A DNA stretch of 64,000 nt, taken from positions 1,116,001-1,180,000 of the forward strand of contig JAYWIR010000046.1 of assembly GCA_036172245.1 (NCBI GenBank). The letters run 5' to 3'. Shown piece after piece: positions 24,960 through 37,209 of this stretch. Position 1 is the stretch's first letter. Every line of letters starts with the position of its first letter. The DNA comes from Raillietiella orientalis. Taxonomy: Eukaryota. The notes beneath the pieces were generated by a model. The model was not told the DNA's origin. It made no database searches and saw only the letters and a list, made by a program, of their open reading frames with translations. The translations under genes were made by a program, and so were the position numbers.

Positions 24960-27330
24960 TTTGAAACGTCAGTTTCTTCAGAATGAATGGTTTGACCTCG
25001 TATCGCGCGGCAGCGGAGTCCACGCGACTGGCGCGAACACGGCGATCCGTCTCTGCAGGATCAAAAGCCAATGGGGACCTCGAGGATGGCACCTTGAGCT
25101 CTCCGCCCCACTGCTTGCCAAACTCGATAGGAAGACGTTCCGCAAGAACGCCTCTGCCTATCCAAACAACGGACTGGTCTCAACCTTGACGCAAGGAAGC
25201 CAACGATGTTTTCTGCACATCGCCCGATTTCTCGTAGGATTCAGGCACACCTCCTAGGATTCCTTTCAGCTTCCCGTGGCCACGAGTGACGGCAACGAGC
25301 GCTCCAAAGAAACCCAGTGTTGGTGGGCAAATGGACTGGCAAACGCAGAATCATCTCCGCCTCTGCGCCACCGTGAGAGACTCCTTCGCCGCCTTTCGAT
25401 GCGGAGCTCACAGAGCCGCCTGCTCAGAACGTTTTGGGAATTTCACGAGACGACGCTGTTCTGTTCTGATAATAAGGATGCGCAACAAAGAATGAGCGCG
25501 TCTCCTTATGGAAAGCGACCGGGAGACTGTTGACCGTTGCCAGTTCGACAAATGGAGCTTCGCAGTTCTGCAGCACGCTCTAGGGAGTTGCCTGGACAAG
25601 AAACACCCTGGATTTCATCTTCCAAGTAGTCCTTCAAGCGTGAGCCTCTACCGACGGATCCCCTTGGGAATGCCGCATCCGATTTTCTGTCAAGACAGTG
25701 ACTCTCTGATGCCATTTCCCAGAAGGCACTGATGTGGCGCGTCCACGCGACATCCCGGTGGCTGGCAATGTTCTTCGATTGAACATCGACTGGATGACCG
25801 GGATTAGTTTGAGAAGGGAGCATCTGTGAACGTAGCTGTTCGAAGGCTGAGCTGGAGTCGTAATCACACCGTTCTCATTTCCAGCTTTGTGGCCGAGTAC
25901 GAGGCATCAGTCGCTTGCTTCTCAGAGAAGCAAGCGACCATGAAGAGGTTGCAACCAAGCAGGAGGAGCTGAGAGCTGTCGAGTTGCGATGCGACTGCTT
26001 TGCGCCCGCAAAAGCGCAGCGAAACAAGCGAATGCCTCCAAGTGTCGGCAACGAAGCTTTGGGACGCATCCAGCGCGCACGAGAGGGAGGGTTCTCTTTG
26101 ACATCTGCGCCAAACGGTCGAAGCATGGCAGCTTCGCCGTAAGCCAAGCCTGAAACCTTCTACGACCAGCCCGCGGTGATGCTGATGGGATGTGTTGCCC
26201 ATGATGACCAGTTAGCAAGACCACGCTTTCTTCGGAGATTTCGTTTCATGAAAAAAACGGTGACCGGCGCTCGGACGCACGGAAAAAAGTAAAGACGGAC
26301 TTTATCTCGTGACGGATGCAGCCCCCGGACTGGGTGCTCTGCTTACCGACCATTGCGACGCGGCGTCCAGCATGCCATTTCCAGGCAACTCGAATGCGTA
26401 AATGCTTCAATGGCAAGATGCTTCGCAGCCAACACAGGAAAGCCCATTTCATATAAAAGAATCCAACTCAACCGGAGGCCATTTTCTGCGATGACCTCTG
26501 CCAGATGCATTTCCGTTATCGACTCCCGGACAAAGGTTCCTCGCTCGAGTCCCCCAAAGTTGCAGAGCGCTACCCACCGCTGGAGGTTCCCGGGGACACG
26601 GGACCCCTTCCTGAGTTCCTGCTGACAGACGGAGACTGCAAGTGCACTGGCCGCGTTCAGCAGCCAAAGAGTGCAAAACGCTTACGGAAGCGAGTTGTAT
26701 GAACGAGAGAGTTGGTGCCGATGGCGCAGTCGCCAACGAGACGGACGTACAGATTCTCTCCGCAATGGGATTCGGCGTCGTCATTCGCACGTGCTCTGCA
26801 CCAAATGGTTCAGCGCTTTCAAGCATTTCTTCCCTAGATCATCCGCTCGGAGGTGCAAAGGGTAGCCGACGGTGGACTCCGCAAACGCAAACTCACGCAT
26901 CGCCCCCGCACGCTGGACACGGGCGGATGCGGAGAATCGCATTGGTGGTGCACGAAGCATCCTCTGCATCGCCGCCTCTCGTTTTCACAGGGACAAGCCC
27001 CGGCTCATCACGGGGACCACAAAACCGCACAGGGGGCGTCTTCGTCACGTGTCCGGGGCGTCCCTGGACACAGGTGCGAGGAGCAAGCAACAGGTACAGC
27101 GACGGGCTTCCGACCGTGCTCCGGTTGGCAAGACACCCGGCACTCCATCCAGAACACGTAGGAAAACGGACTGGAGGCAGTTCCAGAGAACGGCAAGACG
27201 TGCTTATCCAGGAAGGGGGGAGGTTTTGAAGGGGTGAGCGCGGTAGTGAGAGGGCTCGAGGTGCGCTTCATCGGCTTTGCTTCGCACGGGAGGTCGACGG
27301 CGCTTCCTTCGGCACGACATTTTGGTCCTC
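24960..27330 (+). mobile_element. Decayed L2-like LINE ORF2 (EN to RT)
   Basis: NTLDFIF (25602-25622); NIDW; KLWD; AAPGLG; VNASM; RCISVIDSRTKV (26503, ~RPISVL..SKV); DPFLSSC*QTETA (26602-26640, ~L2 DPFQSGFR..HSTETA); KWFSAF; PLVFTGTSP (~PLLF.LYTSP). Confidence 0.7.
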
Positions 27331-27419
27331 TTCTGCTTCCTCACGTCGGATGGAGATGCAAAGGCGAAATGCAACAAAAATGAATGTAAACCAAAAGAGG
27401 GAGGGGCGCGTGCATGGAA

Positions 27420-28950
27420 ACACGGGGGAGATTGCTTTGTCGGAGACCTCGGAGCGGTGACCCGCATTAGCTAGGCGACGTTGGCTCAGCTGTCCCGGTC
27501 TTTGCCATCGGGACACCTGCGGCACTTCAGTGACGCCCTCCCTGCTGCCATGGGACCGCGTCCGGGGACGTCTCGAAAGTGCGCAGCTCGGGCAAGCAGA
27601 GTCGCCGTCCCCGAGAGAAGATTTCCGATCTCCAGGTCCAGGGAACTCAAACGAAGCACATCTCAAAGTTGAGGAAGCCGGTCCTCTGCCTACGGGAACC
27701 CCAAGGTCGTCCAGGTGCGACTTCCCACCAGGAAGGGATCGCAGGTGCCCTTCACTTTTAGGGAAACTCGCCGCAGGAGCGATTCTGCAGCTTCGCTCTC
27801 CAGCGCGTGCGTGTCAGGAACGGTCGGCAAAAAGAGTTGTGGACCGGGAGGCGGCGATCGAGCCGCTGCACATCGTTTGATCCGGGCTCCCAGCGCGCCG
27901 TAGTGTCCCTGAGGCACGCTTTCCCGCTGCCTGTGCCGCCCGACCAAACGCCGCCCGCATTCCAGGCGCGGATCCGTTCTCTCGCTGCGTGGAGACAAGT
28001 GGGGTCGTCGTCCCACGGGTGCCAGCCCGGATTGCATGACGGCAGCACCCCTTCACCCTTCGAAAAAATCTACCTTTCCCTTCCGAACTTTTCTCCCCGT
28101 CTTGCATTTTCCCCCAAAGAGGGCAGCATCTCGCGCACCGCAACCCTTGCCTCTTCCCAAACGGCGTCAGAGAGATGCATCCCGCGCCTGTTCGCAATTA
28201 GCACCGTGATCCGCGCAGTTGTGGGAAAGGCTCCTCCACAGGTCGTCGTCGCAGCCTACGGGCAGTGCGTCCCGTGTGTTCACCAAGTGCCAACGTTCGC
28301 CCCCTCTTTTGACAAGGTGCCACCCGACACCTGGATCCCTTATTCGATTCCCCTTTCGTTACAGAGCGGCTCCTGCGCAAGAACATTCCGATTCGTCTCC
28401 CTCGTTCCCCTTCCGGGTAACCCAGCGGAGGGCAGTCGACAACTCGTTGGCGCGATGACGACCCGCGACGTTCGCCTCGCCCCCGCGGATCCATGCAAAG
28501 CTGACCGTCGAGCCCGCTCCTCGGGGCCTTGTCTTCCCGGGGGTGGCCGCTCCACCTGGTCAGGAAGCCGCAGAGGTCCGCTCTCGAGTGGGAGACGCCG
28601 CATCCGGGGAGAAGTCATCGGAGCGTTCGTTTCGTGTTCTTCTACTCTCGGAGAGACGCGCGCTCTGAGATCGGCGCTGAGAAGAGAAGCCCCTCGTCGG
28701 CGCCTCCCCTGAGTCAGAGGGCGACTGCGATCTCCAGAACAACGGCCGTACCCGTCAGAGGAAACGCAGGGATCTGCAGCCACACTCTCCTTGAGTCGAA
28801 TTTCTTGGTGCGCGACGGATTCATCCACCCCTCTTCCCCAGAAACCCCACCTCGGGAGGAGCATGCGCGCGCGGTCCAGCTGATGGAAGATGCGCATTGC
28901 CAGCATCCATAGCCGAGCGGGTGCGACGTGTTGCCCAGAGCAACGGAGAG
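27420..28950 (-). mobile_element. Decayed L1/Tx1-like LINE ORF2, 5' half (EN to RT start)
   Basis: D...HQEIRL (28793-28810, ~D...LQETHL); RRRGASLL (~RGVAIL); WEEARVAVRE (28130-28159, ~WE..K..IR); SREGVTEVP and SEVSDKAI (~R.G.I.LIP, YKI.AKAL). Confidence 0.6.
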
Positions 28951-29349
28951 ACAGCAAAGATGCCGTTCCAGTCGCGAAAAGCAGCGCAGGATGTCTGCTC
29001 GCTGTCAGACGGAGGGGGCGGCCGCATCTTCTCTCCTCGGAAGCCCCTGATCCGGGAGGCTTTCAGCCTGGTCGTCCAGGGGCATCGCACGCATCTGAGA
29101 TGCGGAAGAAGGTACTCATCTCCAGCTTCCGGCAGTTCTGCCTCCTGTCGTTCGGACAGGGGAGATCGAGCGGACCGCACCGCTCCATCAGGAGCGGCGG
29201 CCCCCGAGCAGGGGTCAGGGTCGATAACCGTCACGCCGCCGGTGCTACTCCGCGAGTCCGCCTATCGTCCCGGATCCTGCCGTGGCGCTCCGCAACGGAC
29301 GGGGAAGACGGCCGCAGCCTCGGGACTCTTCTGACGCGGCGCTGCTCAC

Positions 29350-31750
29350 CTCTTTGACGGCACCTTTCAGGGTTCGTTCCAGGAAGGGGAGCAGCAGCCT
29401 CTTCCGGCACCCGCTTTCCAGATAAGCAGGCATCGAATCTCTCTGGAAACATCGAAGCGGGAGCCGATCTCCCGGGAGCTTGCTGTGGCTTCCGACTCCC
29501 ACGTCGAGAAGCGCTTCCTGGAACTCCCTCCACCCCCATCGCGTCCAGCAGGAGAGCCCCACGCTCCCACTTCCAACAACTAAACGCTCCGGTGCTGCTC
29601 TCCAGCCCGGAAAACACACTTCCTGGAATCGCGTCCCCTGCCCCTGCCGACATCGACCCGGGATTCCGTTCCGCATCGGCAGAGTCCCCGCCCTTCGCAG
29701 GTCGGCAGACCGAACCCGCCCGCGCTCTCCGCTCGGTCGCCCTTACTCCGCTTCGAAACACGCCAGCGGAAGATTCGGGGCCGACTGCCGTTGCCGGGGT
29801 CTCCATGGATAAGCATAGTCACCGCATCCCTCTGCTGGTCCAGAGATTACCTTCTCTGGAATCCCATCCGCTATGCCGGCTCTTTTGCGAGCGACTCGGG
29901 CATATGCCGCACTGTCCAAGGTGCGCTCCGGCCTCTCCGACGAGACCGCACGACCCGTCCTCTTCCTCGCTCGTCTGCGTCGCCGGATGCCGCGAGAGCA
30001 GTCCGGAGCGGTGGCACCGCCTCCTCACAGAGAGCAGCGCATCCTTGCCATGCCAGTTTCTCGAGTCTTCACGCGCCCACGCTGCCATCGGGACAGAGCT
30101 GCACGACGACTGGGTCCTACCCGCGCCTGAGCTGCTCCCTGCCGGCAACCGACGCAACCAGGCAGCTTCCCACAATGAGCACCCGGAGAGCAGCGCTGTT
30201 TGCTCCCTGAGCCGACGGCGATGCACCCGGTTTGGCCTGGGACGCGTCCCAAGCTATCCTTGGCGCCCTGGTTGCTCTACAGCCAACACCCGACGCGCTG
30301 CGGACGTCCCCCGGGATACCTGGGCAGCTGCTGATCCCTTCCATGAAAGCGAACTGCATCTTCCCCTCGGGAGCGCCCCTCGTACTCATCTACTCCCTTT
30401 TTTCTCCCGGTGGCTCTTCGCTCGCACGCCCCGAAAAGATGCGCTACTTCCTTCCTCACGCAACGCTCTTGCTGTGACAACAACTGTCGCCGTCCCTGTC
30501 CCGATCGCACGCCACGCTGTCCATCAGCGTCGCAGAAGAACGCGGCCCTTCGCCGGAATCCCATCACGACGCCGACACCGTTCCCCTTCCCCCCCCGCTA
30601 TCCTCACCTCCACGGAGGGTGGACACCCCTCGCCTGGTGGCCCACTTTTCATCTGCTGCAGTGGTGACTAGCGGACCGGTCGCCAGAGCGAACGGGGCCC
30701 AGCGAAGAAAGGCCATGCAGGGAGACCGAGCTGTATCGGAAGGGTGAGGGACTCCAGTTGCGTCGCCATCCCACTCCGGGAAGCTCTGCCGGTCCGCTGT
30801 CCCGCGTCAGCAGGAGAGCAGCCACGTGCGGGGGCTGCGGAACAGGTGGGAGCAGATGCCACCCAGCGAGCCGATCGCGGACCGACGAACTGTTCGGGAC
30901 ACCCCGTTCGACCACTCCCCCTCACCCCAAACGGGGCGACCTGTGGTCGTCCCCCACGTGCGGCGCGAGTGGCAGGCGCACTGCAAGGAACCATCTTGGA
31001 AGGGGGAAGACCGGCGAACGTCGGAAGTGGAGAGTGACCAGCCGCCTCGCTGCGGCCGTTCGGAAGGCATTTAGGTGAGGTCGCAGCTGGAACCGCGGAC
31101 CTTCCTCTTATCGCCAGCGAAGGCGTCCTCACGGCACACACGTTCTTCTGCGATCGAACGGCGTCCGAGAGAAATGCGGACTCCCAGAACACCTCGCCCG
31201 GTCACGTGTTGACCGCAGCCGTTGAGACAGAGCGCTTTGTCTGTCCACGATGCCCAAAGCGAGCGATCCGCTCCCTCGGGCCCCGAGGGCTTCGATCGCG
31301 CGAAACCCTCCGCGGACCGACACTGAGGGATTCCCCGCTGCCGATGGTCACGCGAGGTTCGTCACGCAAGCCTGCAGGTGTGACGGAAGGAGGCGAGATG
31401 AAAAGATCTTTGTGGATTCTTGCGGCGCGAATCCATCGCTCGCTACTTGGAACTCTCCTTCGCAGAGTTCTTCTTTGCAGCCCTCGTTTCCCAGACAGCA
31501 TAGGAAGAAGGCTGCGCCCGATCTCCAAGTTCCGACTTTCGCGAGTGTGCCCGTGTCACGAATGAGCTCGGATAGTCGACGGGAAGTCCGCCCAAGTCCC
31601 AAATTCGTTCGGGAAAGCTGGTGGGCACGAGGGATCACATGGGGCCGCTGGCGCATCTCGCCGGGATAGCGCTCTCGGCACGCCCTCCGGTCGACGAGAA
31701 ACGAGAGGAAGCGGTGCGCACTGTGTTCGGACGCGCTCTCGAGATGCTCA
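29350..31750 (+). mobile_element. Decayed CR1/L2-like LINE ORF2
   Basis: SPWISIVTASL..SRD (PWI linker); PGIPGQLL...APLVLIYSL (~DGIP..LL...A.PL..IFN.S); NNCRR (~NYRP); GALQGTIL (QGTIL at 30984-30998, ~GVPQGT.L); FVCPRC (~FN..KC); AGVT (~LGV). Confidence 0.7.
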
Positions 31751-32449
31751 AGAGATCGGCAGTCGTCGGGGTCACTGCGAGCCTGTCGCTCGCATCGGGG
31801 AAGCGGGAGAGCGGAAGGGACGATGCCTGATCGTGGAACGAACGACGCCCCTACGCACGCCCCTTGCAGAAAGACCGTCTTCCCTGGAGATGGGAAAAGT
31901 CTACTCCCCGCTGCGACAACCGGGCAAGCACCAAGCAGCCGAATAGCACACGACCCCTCCGGCCTTTTCGAACGAAACGCGGGAGGCAGCGAGTCCGCGG
32001 CAACAGCCTGCCGGTCGCCGCCACCTCCGTGAAAGAAACGACCTTCGTGCGCGCTGCGCGCTCCAGAGAAGCAGCGCGTCACCCGTTCGGGTGACGCACC
32101 TCTTCAGGCGCCCTGCGGGGACGGAGCAAGCGAGGCGCGCCCGCAGAGTGAGAGCTCGCCGAGCACGCGGGAGAGGTCAGCTGCTTTCCTGCTGACTTTT
32201 GCCTGCAGCCATCGGCACCTGCTGAGACGGCGCGTGCTGCATATGACTGCAGGACGAAAGAAACCGTCAGGGGTGAATCGCGCAGTGAGCAGGGAACACC
32301 CACTCCCACATGCTCATTGTACGCACAGGAAGTGGGGATGCAGGCGAGAGCGGAGACGGATGCGGTGGCGCTAAACTCCGGCTCAGAGAAGCACTCGGGT
32401 GGAGGGGAGGGAAGACTGCGGCCGGCTTGCTGTCGCGGAATCCCATCGT

Positions 32450-33570
32450 AAAGCGTCAGAGCCACACGCAGAGTGCCCCTCCGTACGATAGCCGATGTCG
32501 TGAGCGGACTCGTCCGCGTTTCGCCGCACCGACGTCATGGATGAAGCACGTCCAGCGCGAGCGACTTCCTAGCCAGAGTGCAGTTTCAGGAGCCCGTGCG
32601 GAGCGCTGCGAACGCGATCGCCTTCCCGGGTGCGTCGCACTTGCAGCACCCTTTCGACTACGGTGGCATGAGCTCTCCTCGCACGCAGAACATCGTGGGA
32701 CTTCGTCTGAAGACTGCGCAAATCTGGGACAGAGCCCGTGAGGGGCCACGGCAAGTCCTCTCTGCGCTCACGCTTCCCATCGAACCGCAGCATCTGGCAA
32801 CTCCCGGACGACCAGTCTCCCCCCCTGAGTGGCGGGAGAACGCACCCTTCCCTTCGGACGCACGGGACTTTCCGAAACTACCGCAAGCACGCGGAAGAAG
32901 GAATGCGCCGGCAGAAGCAGGCAACAAGCTCATTCAGTTGCGAGGTGCCTTCCCAGCGTCTAGGAAAGCAAGGCGAAGCGCTGCTTGTCCGCAAGTTTGA
33001 GAAGGAGGAAGCGATGAGGCATCACGGATTCGGACCCAGTGCTCCTGCGCAGAGTGCACCCTGGAAATCTGAGAGGGCCACAGATGCGTTCCCTCTCACT
33101 CTCTCGACTCTCCTGAAACGGGCACAGGAAGCGGGATGCCACAGACAGAGGCCCGTAGGGCGGAACCTACGCGGAGGCCATCGCAAAGTCTCAGAACGAG
33201 CTGGTGGTGCTCCCCAGCGAGGAATCGTCTTCGGGAGCGAACCGCGGCGTGAGCAGCAATGTCGGGTGCGGTTCGCGCACGCGTGGAGAGGGCGCGGTGC
33301 GGTGGTGCCGGCAGCCGTACCTGGGCGCAACCGTCGAATATGGCAGCCTTTTCCGCGATTGGAACAGAACGAGGGAGACAAGGATGCGTTCCTTCGTCCC
33401 CTTCCAAGATTTCGTTCAAGGGCATCCGGCGTCCATCGACGTGTGGGCAAAAGGGGGGGTACGGAGTCACATCTGGAAGCTCTGCTGGGCGCTAAGAGAA
33501 CTCGCGTTTCCACGCAGTGCTGCAGCTTCTTCGCACCCCCACCCATCAACGAGTGGCACCTCCAACGATT
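32450..33570 (+). mobile_element. Decayed, internally deleted CR1/L2-like RT fragment
   Basis: LKTAQI (~WKTA.I); HGTFRNYR (~HGFR..R); GAPQRG (~GVPQG); FAHA (~FADD); SFFAPPPINEW (~SFF.R.IN.W, the ORF2 end). Confidence 0.5.
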
Positions 33571-33599
33571 CTCGGTTTCCTGGATGACCCCTATCGGAT

Positions 33600-34300
33600 A
33601 GGGAAAGCAAAACTGCTCTTCGGGCACTTCGTCATGCGTGTCAACTTTGGTGCAGGCCATCTCGCGCAGCGATGAAGAGGCATCTCTTTTTTAGTTCTTC
33701 CTCAAGGGACTCCAGAAAGGGCTGACAGGAATCCCTCAGGTTTCCCTCCATGCTAAAGTCAATGCGCCTCCTGTCGATTTCGCTTCAGTGCCTCCCTGTC
33801 GGCAGCAGTCGCGAACTCACCCACCATCTCGTACGTAGGGGCGCCGCAACCCGACCATCGACGCGACGAACAGCGCATCTGCTCCAACAAGAGATGGTCG
33901 TCTCTGTGCTTCTCCCATCTCGCCAAACTCGGGAGACGCCTGAGCGATCCAACAAGCCTTGCAAACACTGTTGTTGCCTTTGCTGCAAGCTCCACAACAG
34001 AACGCTTTGGAGGACGTCGGCTCCGTGGACGGGACTCTTCCGGATCAGCTGACAACGAAGAGGAGAGTCGCACGCACCGAGATCGCCTGATCGACGCTTC
34101 TTTTTCCCGCTGGTCACTTTGGCATTTCAGGGTTCCCATGGCGCATAGCCGCGGGCAAAGGCGCCGCATGACTTTCCCAACGAATCCGTCGGCGTGCAAA
34201 TGCGAAGGCAGAGCTGCGCCCACGTCGCAGGGATGCTCTCAAGGATCTCCCGAAGAAGCACGTTGTTTTCCTTCCGTTGCCACGAGCGGTGGCACCTGTT
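33600..34300 (-). mobile_element. Possible decayed LINE RT fragment
   Basis: WRDGRSTETTI ~ GFR.GRSTET; GNLRDSCQPFL ~ G.L..WI.SFL. Few motifs. Confidence 0.35.
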
Positions 34301-35299
34301 AGGAAGCGCTCGTGCGCTTTCCGCACACGCGCCAGACCACGCTTTCCGAGCCACTGCTCCCTTCGCTTCGCTCACCTGAGCTTGCTCGCGTCTCTTCGCA
34401 TGCTGCTGTCCTGAGGAACGGTGGCGGCAACGTGCATCGCGGCACGCATGCGCGCGCATTGTCGTCGCGGCCCGTGGACTTCCGAGTCGAACCCCTTCGC
34501 GAGCGCGTTCCCAGAGGAACACAACACATGCACGGTGAATCGGCAGGGGGAGAACGCAACCTGCTGAGCTGAGCAGTACGGGGATGCACTGAATCGTATG
34601 CTGCGGACGTTTCGCGACTGCATTCGCCAGTGGCGGATTGATGACTGCAGAAGACCGACGTGTCGAGGAACGTCGAAGGATCTCACGCACGGAAAGACAT
34701 CGGAGCAGCTTCTCGCCACAACCATCCACATGGAGAGACCCCGTTTCGCGGCAGCGTGACTTCGGATGCGCATCGCAACTTGCGATACACGTCTGCATCT
34801 TTTGCAGCATCACCGCGAATCCTCTGCGGGCTTTGACCACGTTCACGTAAGCGCTCGACCTTTTCTGGATCGCTCCTTTTGGCCGGAGTGACGCACTTCC
34901 TCCACGAAACCTCATCCCAAATCGAGAACTTGTGACGACACGAGAGCATCCAGCGCGCCTCCCCTCCCTCTCACGCACTTTCCTCTCCGCTACGGAAGAC
35001 TGACCAGTTGTCGCGCCCCGGTGGCGATCGACCGGCAGTCTCCATCAGCGACTCGGGCAACGGGCAAGCGCAGAACGACGGCAGGGGCGTGAGGGAGCAC
35101 CTGTTACCGAAGCGCTGGCAGCACTCTGCAAGAGGAGCATGAAGGTTCCCGGCGTCGCCTGCGCAAGCAGACTGCGACGTTCGGCACGGATGGAAGGCCT
35201 CCGCGTGCAGGCCAGCAGGCCAATCGTGCAGAGAGAGGATCAGCGGGTCTGGAGCGGAAAATGGCGATCCGGATGCTTTGCCATTACCGCAATCATTTG

Positions 35300-37130
35300 A
35301 TTAAGAGGGACCATCAACGAGGAAGCGATCAGCTAGGCAGGAAAGTTCGAAGCAGAGCGCAACAACAGCGACCGGAGGGTCCTCGCAGGCTCCGCCGGAT
35401 ACCAAGCATCCGAGCGGAGATTTCGGTGAAAGTGCATCCGACTCGCGTCTCCGGCGCGCACGTGCTCTTTAGCAGCTGCTCGGAACTCAGAAACAGTTCC
35501 GTGGGCGCGCCTAAAGACAGGAACTCAGCCGTGCTCGGAAGACGCGGCGCACCAGGTGCCATTGCGGGAGCGCGCTCGCCGCAAGCGAAGACGTTCGCAC
35601 GGAAAAGGATCCGCGCGGTGGAAGCGGAAGCAGTGCGGATGACGAAGGCGTCTCCGAGCAGAACGCGGTCATGGATACGCAAGCACCGCGCGCTGCTCTG
35701 GGAGCGACGGGCGACTCTGGCAGAAAGAGCGGCCGCCACTACGGGATGCGAGTGGTCCCGCTTACGCTTTCTTGCAAGTGACTCCCCCGCCGACGCGCCT
35801 TGCGTAAAAGCTGCTTTCCCGGTGACCACCTTCACCTTCACCCTGCAGCTGCTCGGCGAGACCACCTATGAATGTTCCACGAGAGATGCAAAGACGCATC
35901 GCTCGCGGACCACGGGCTCTGAACTCCGAAGGGACCCCAACCCCTTCCTCACCTTATTGCCATCCCTCTCGCGTGCTCGCAAAGAGTCACAGCTTCTGGA
36001 AGCGGACGGGGGACGCAGGTGCACTGACGCAAAGATGACTCGCCTCCGTGGTGCAAGTGGGCGCTTCCGAAGCGGAAGAAAATCCGGCCTAGACCGGGTC
36101 AACCCTTCCCACCGAAGAAGGAAGCAGTTCCAGGGAGAAGCGGCGTTCCACCGACAGAAATGGGAGATGTCGCCGTCTCCAGCTTGCACCCTCGTCATGT
36201 GCGTCGATCGGGATGCGTCGATCAGCAACGATCGCAGGAAAGTCGTCGCTCGTTCCCGTGGGAAGTGTGTTCCTAGCGGCAGTCTCTGCCCCACGTTCCG
36301 CGTCCAGAGCCGCCTGGAGCTTCAGCGGAGCGAAGGCAACTCATCCATCCGTCTTTTCAGCTCCGGCTTGGGTCTCCTCCGTCGGGCACCAAACGACCAC
36401 ACGCGAATCGAGAGCAGATGGACGGAGCTTCGGACTTCCCCTTTTGCAAAGAAGAGCAGTCGCCGCGCGAATCTTTCGAGGTCACACGAGAGCTATTGAG
36501 CACCGCACACACCTCCGAGGATATTGGCGATGCCGCGATGCATCTTTCGGAGCCAGCGTGAGTGAGGTCGCAAGCGGATCAGCTTGGTCGCGCCGCCCGC
36601 CCGTTTCCCCAGGCACGCGCCTTTCCCGCAAGCAATGCGATGGGATCGAAGCGAGAAAGAAACGATAGAGTGGGACGCCCTCCTGCGAGCGTTGTCGCAA
36701 GGGGAGGCGGCCGAGAGAGCTGCATGTTGACAAGGCGCTAGAGAAGGGTGCCATGGGAACGGGAGCGAGAAACCGGCAAGTGCACTCCAAACAAAAACAA
36801 AAGAGATGAATGGAAGGATGGGAGGCAAGATCTTCAGTGCGGCGACACAGTCCCTTCTCACGAAAGAACCGCCTTCCGAGGAACAGGCTGCACGCATCAA
36901 CATTCCGTCTCGCTGGCACCATTCGCTTCAGTCCGATCCAACGGACGGGCGGAACAGAACTCCCATCTATCCGCAGCCATCCAAGTTGCGGGCAGCAACA
37001 GGCATCGCGTCCCTCTTCGAAGATGGGTACGCCGCCCGCGCTCTTCCCGTTCGTTCCCGTAGAGTCCCAACCTGTGCTTGCGCCTCCCGCATTTCTTCGT
37101 TGCGGTGGGATTTGCCCTGCCAGCATTCGC
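35300..37130 (+). mobile_element. Decayed CR1-like LINE, RT to 3' end of ORF2
   Basis: PEGPRRL (~GPD.I); GAPKDRNSAV (~G..P.DWK.A.V); VPSGSLCP (~GVPQGS.L.P); SSIRLFSSG (36341-36367, ~SSIRLFADD); SEEQAARINIPS (~YEERL..LNLPS); RISSLRWDLP (~RVV..WN.LP). Confidence 0.7.
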
Positions 37131-37209
37131 GGACGCGTCCCCGTTCCGCACGGCGAGTCATGGACGGATGGAGAAGCATCCGCCGATAGGGGCGGCGGGG
37201 TGCGCTCAT

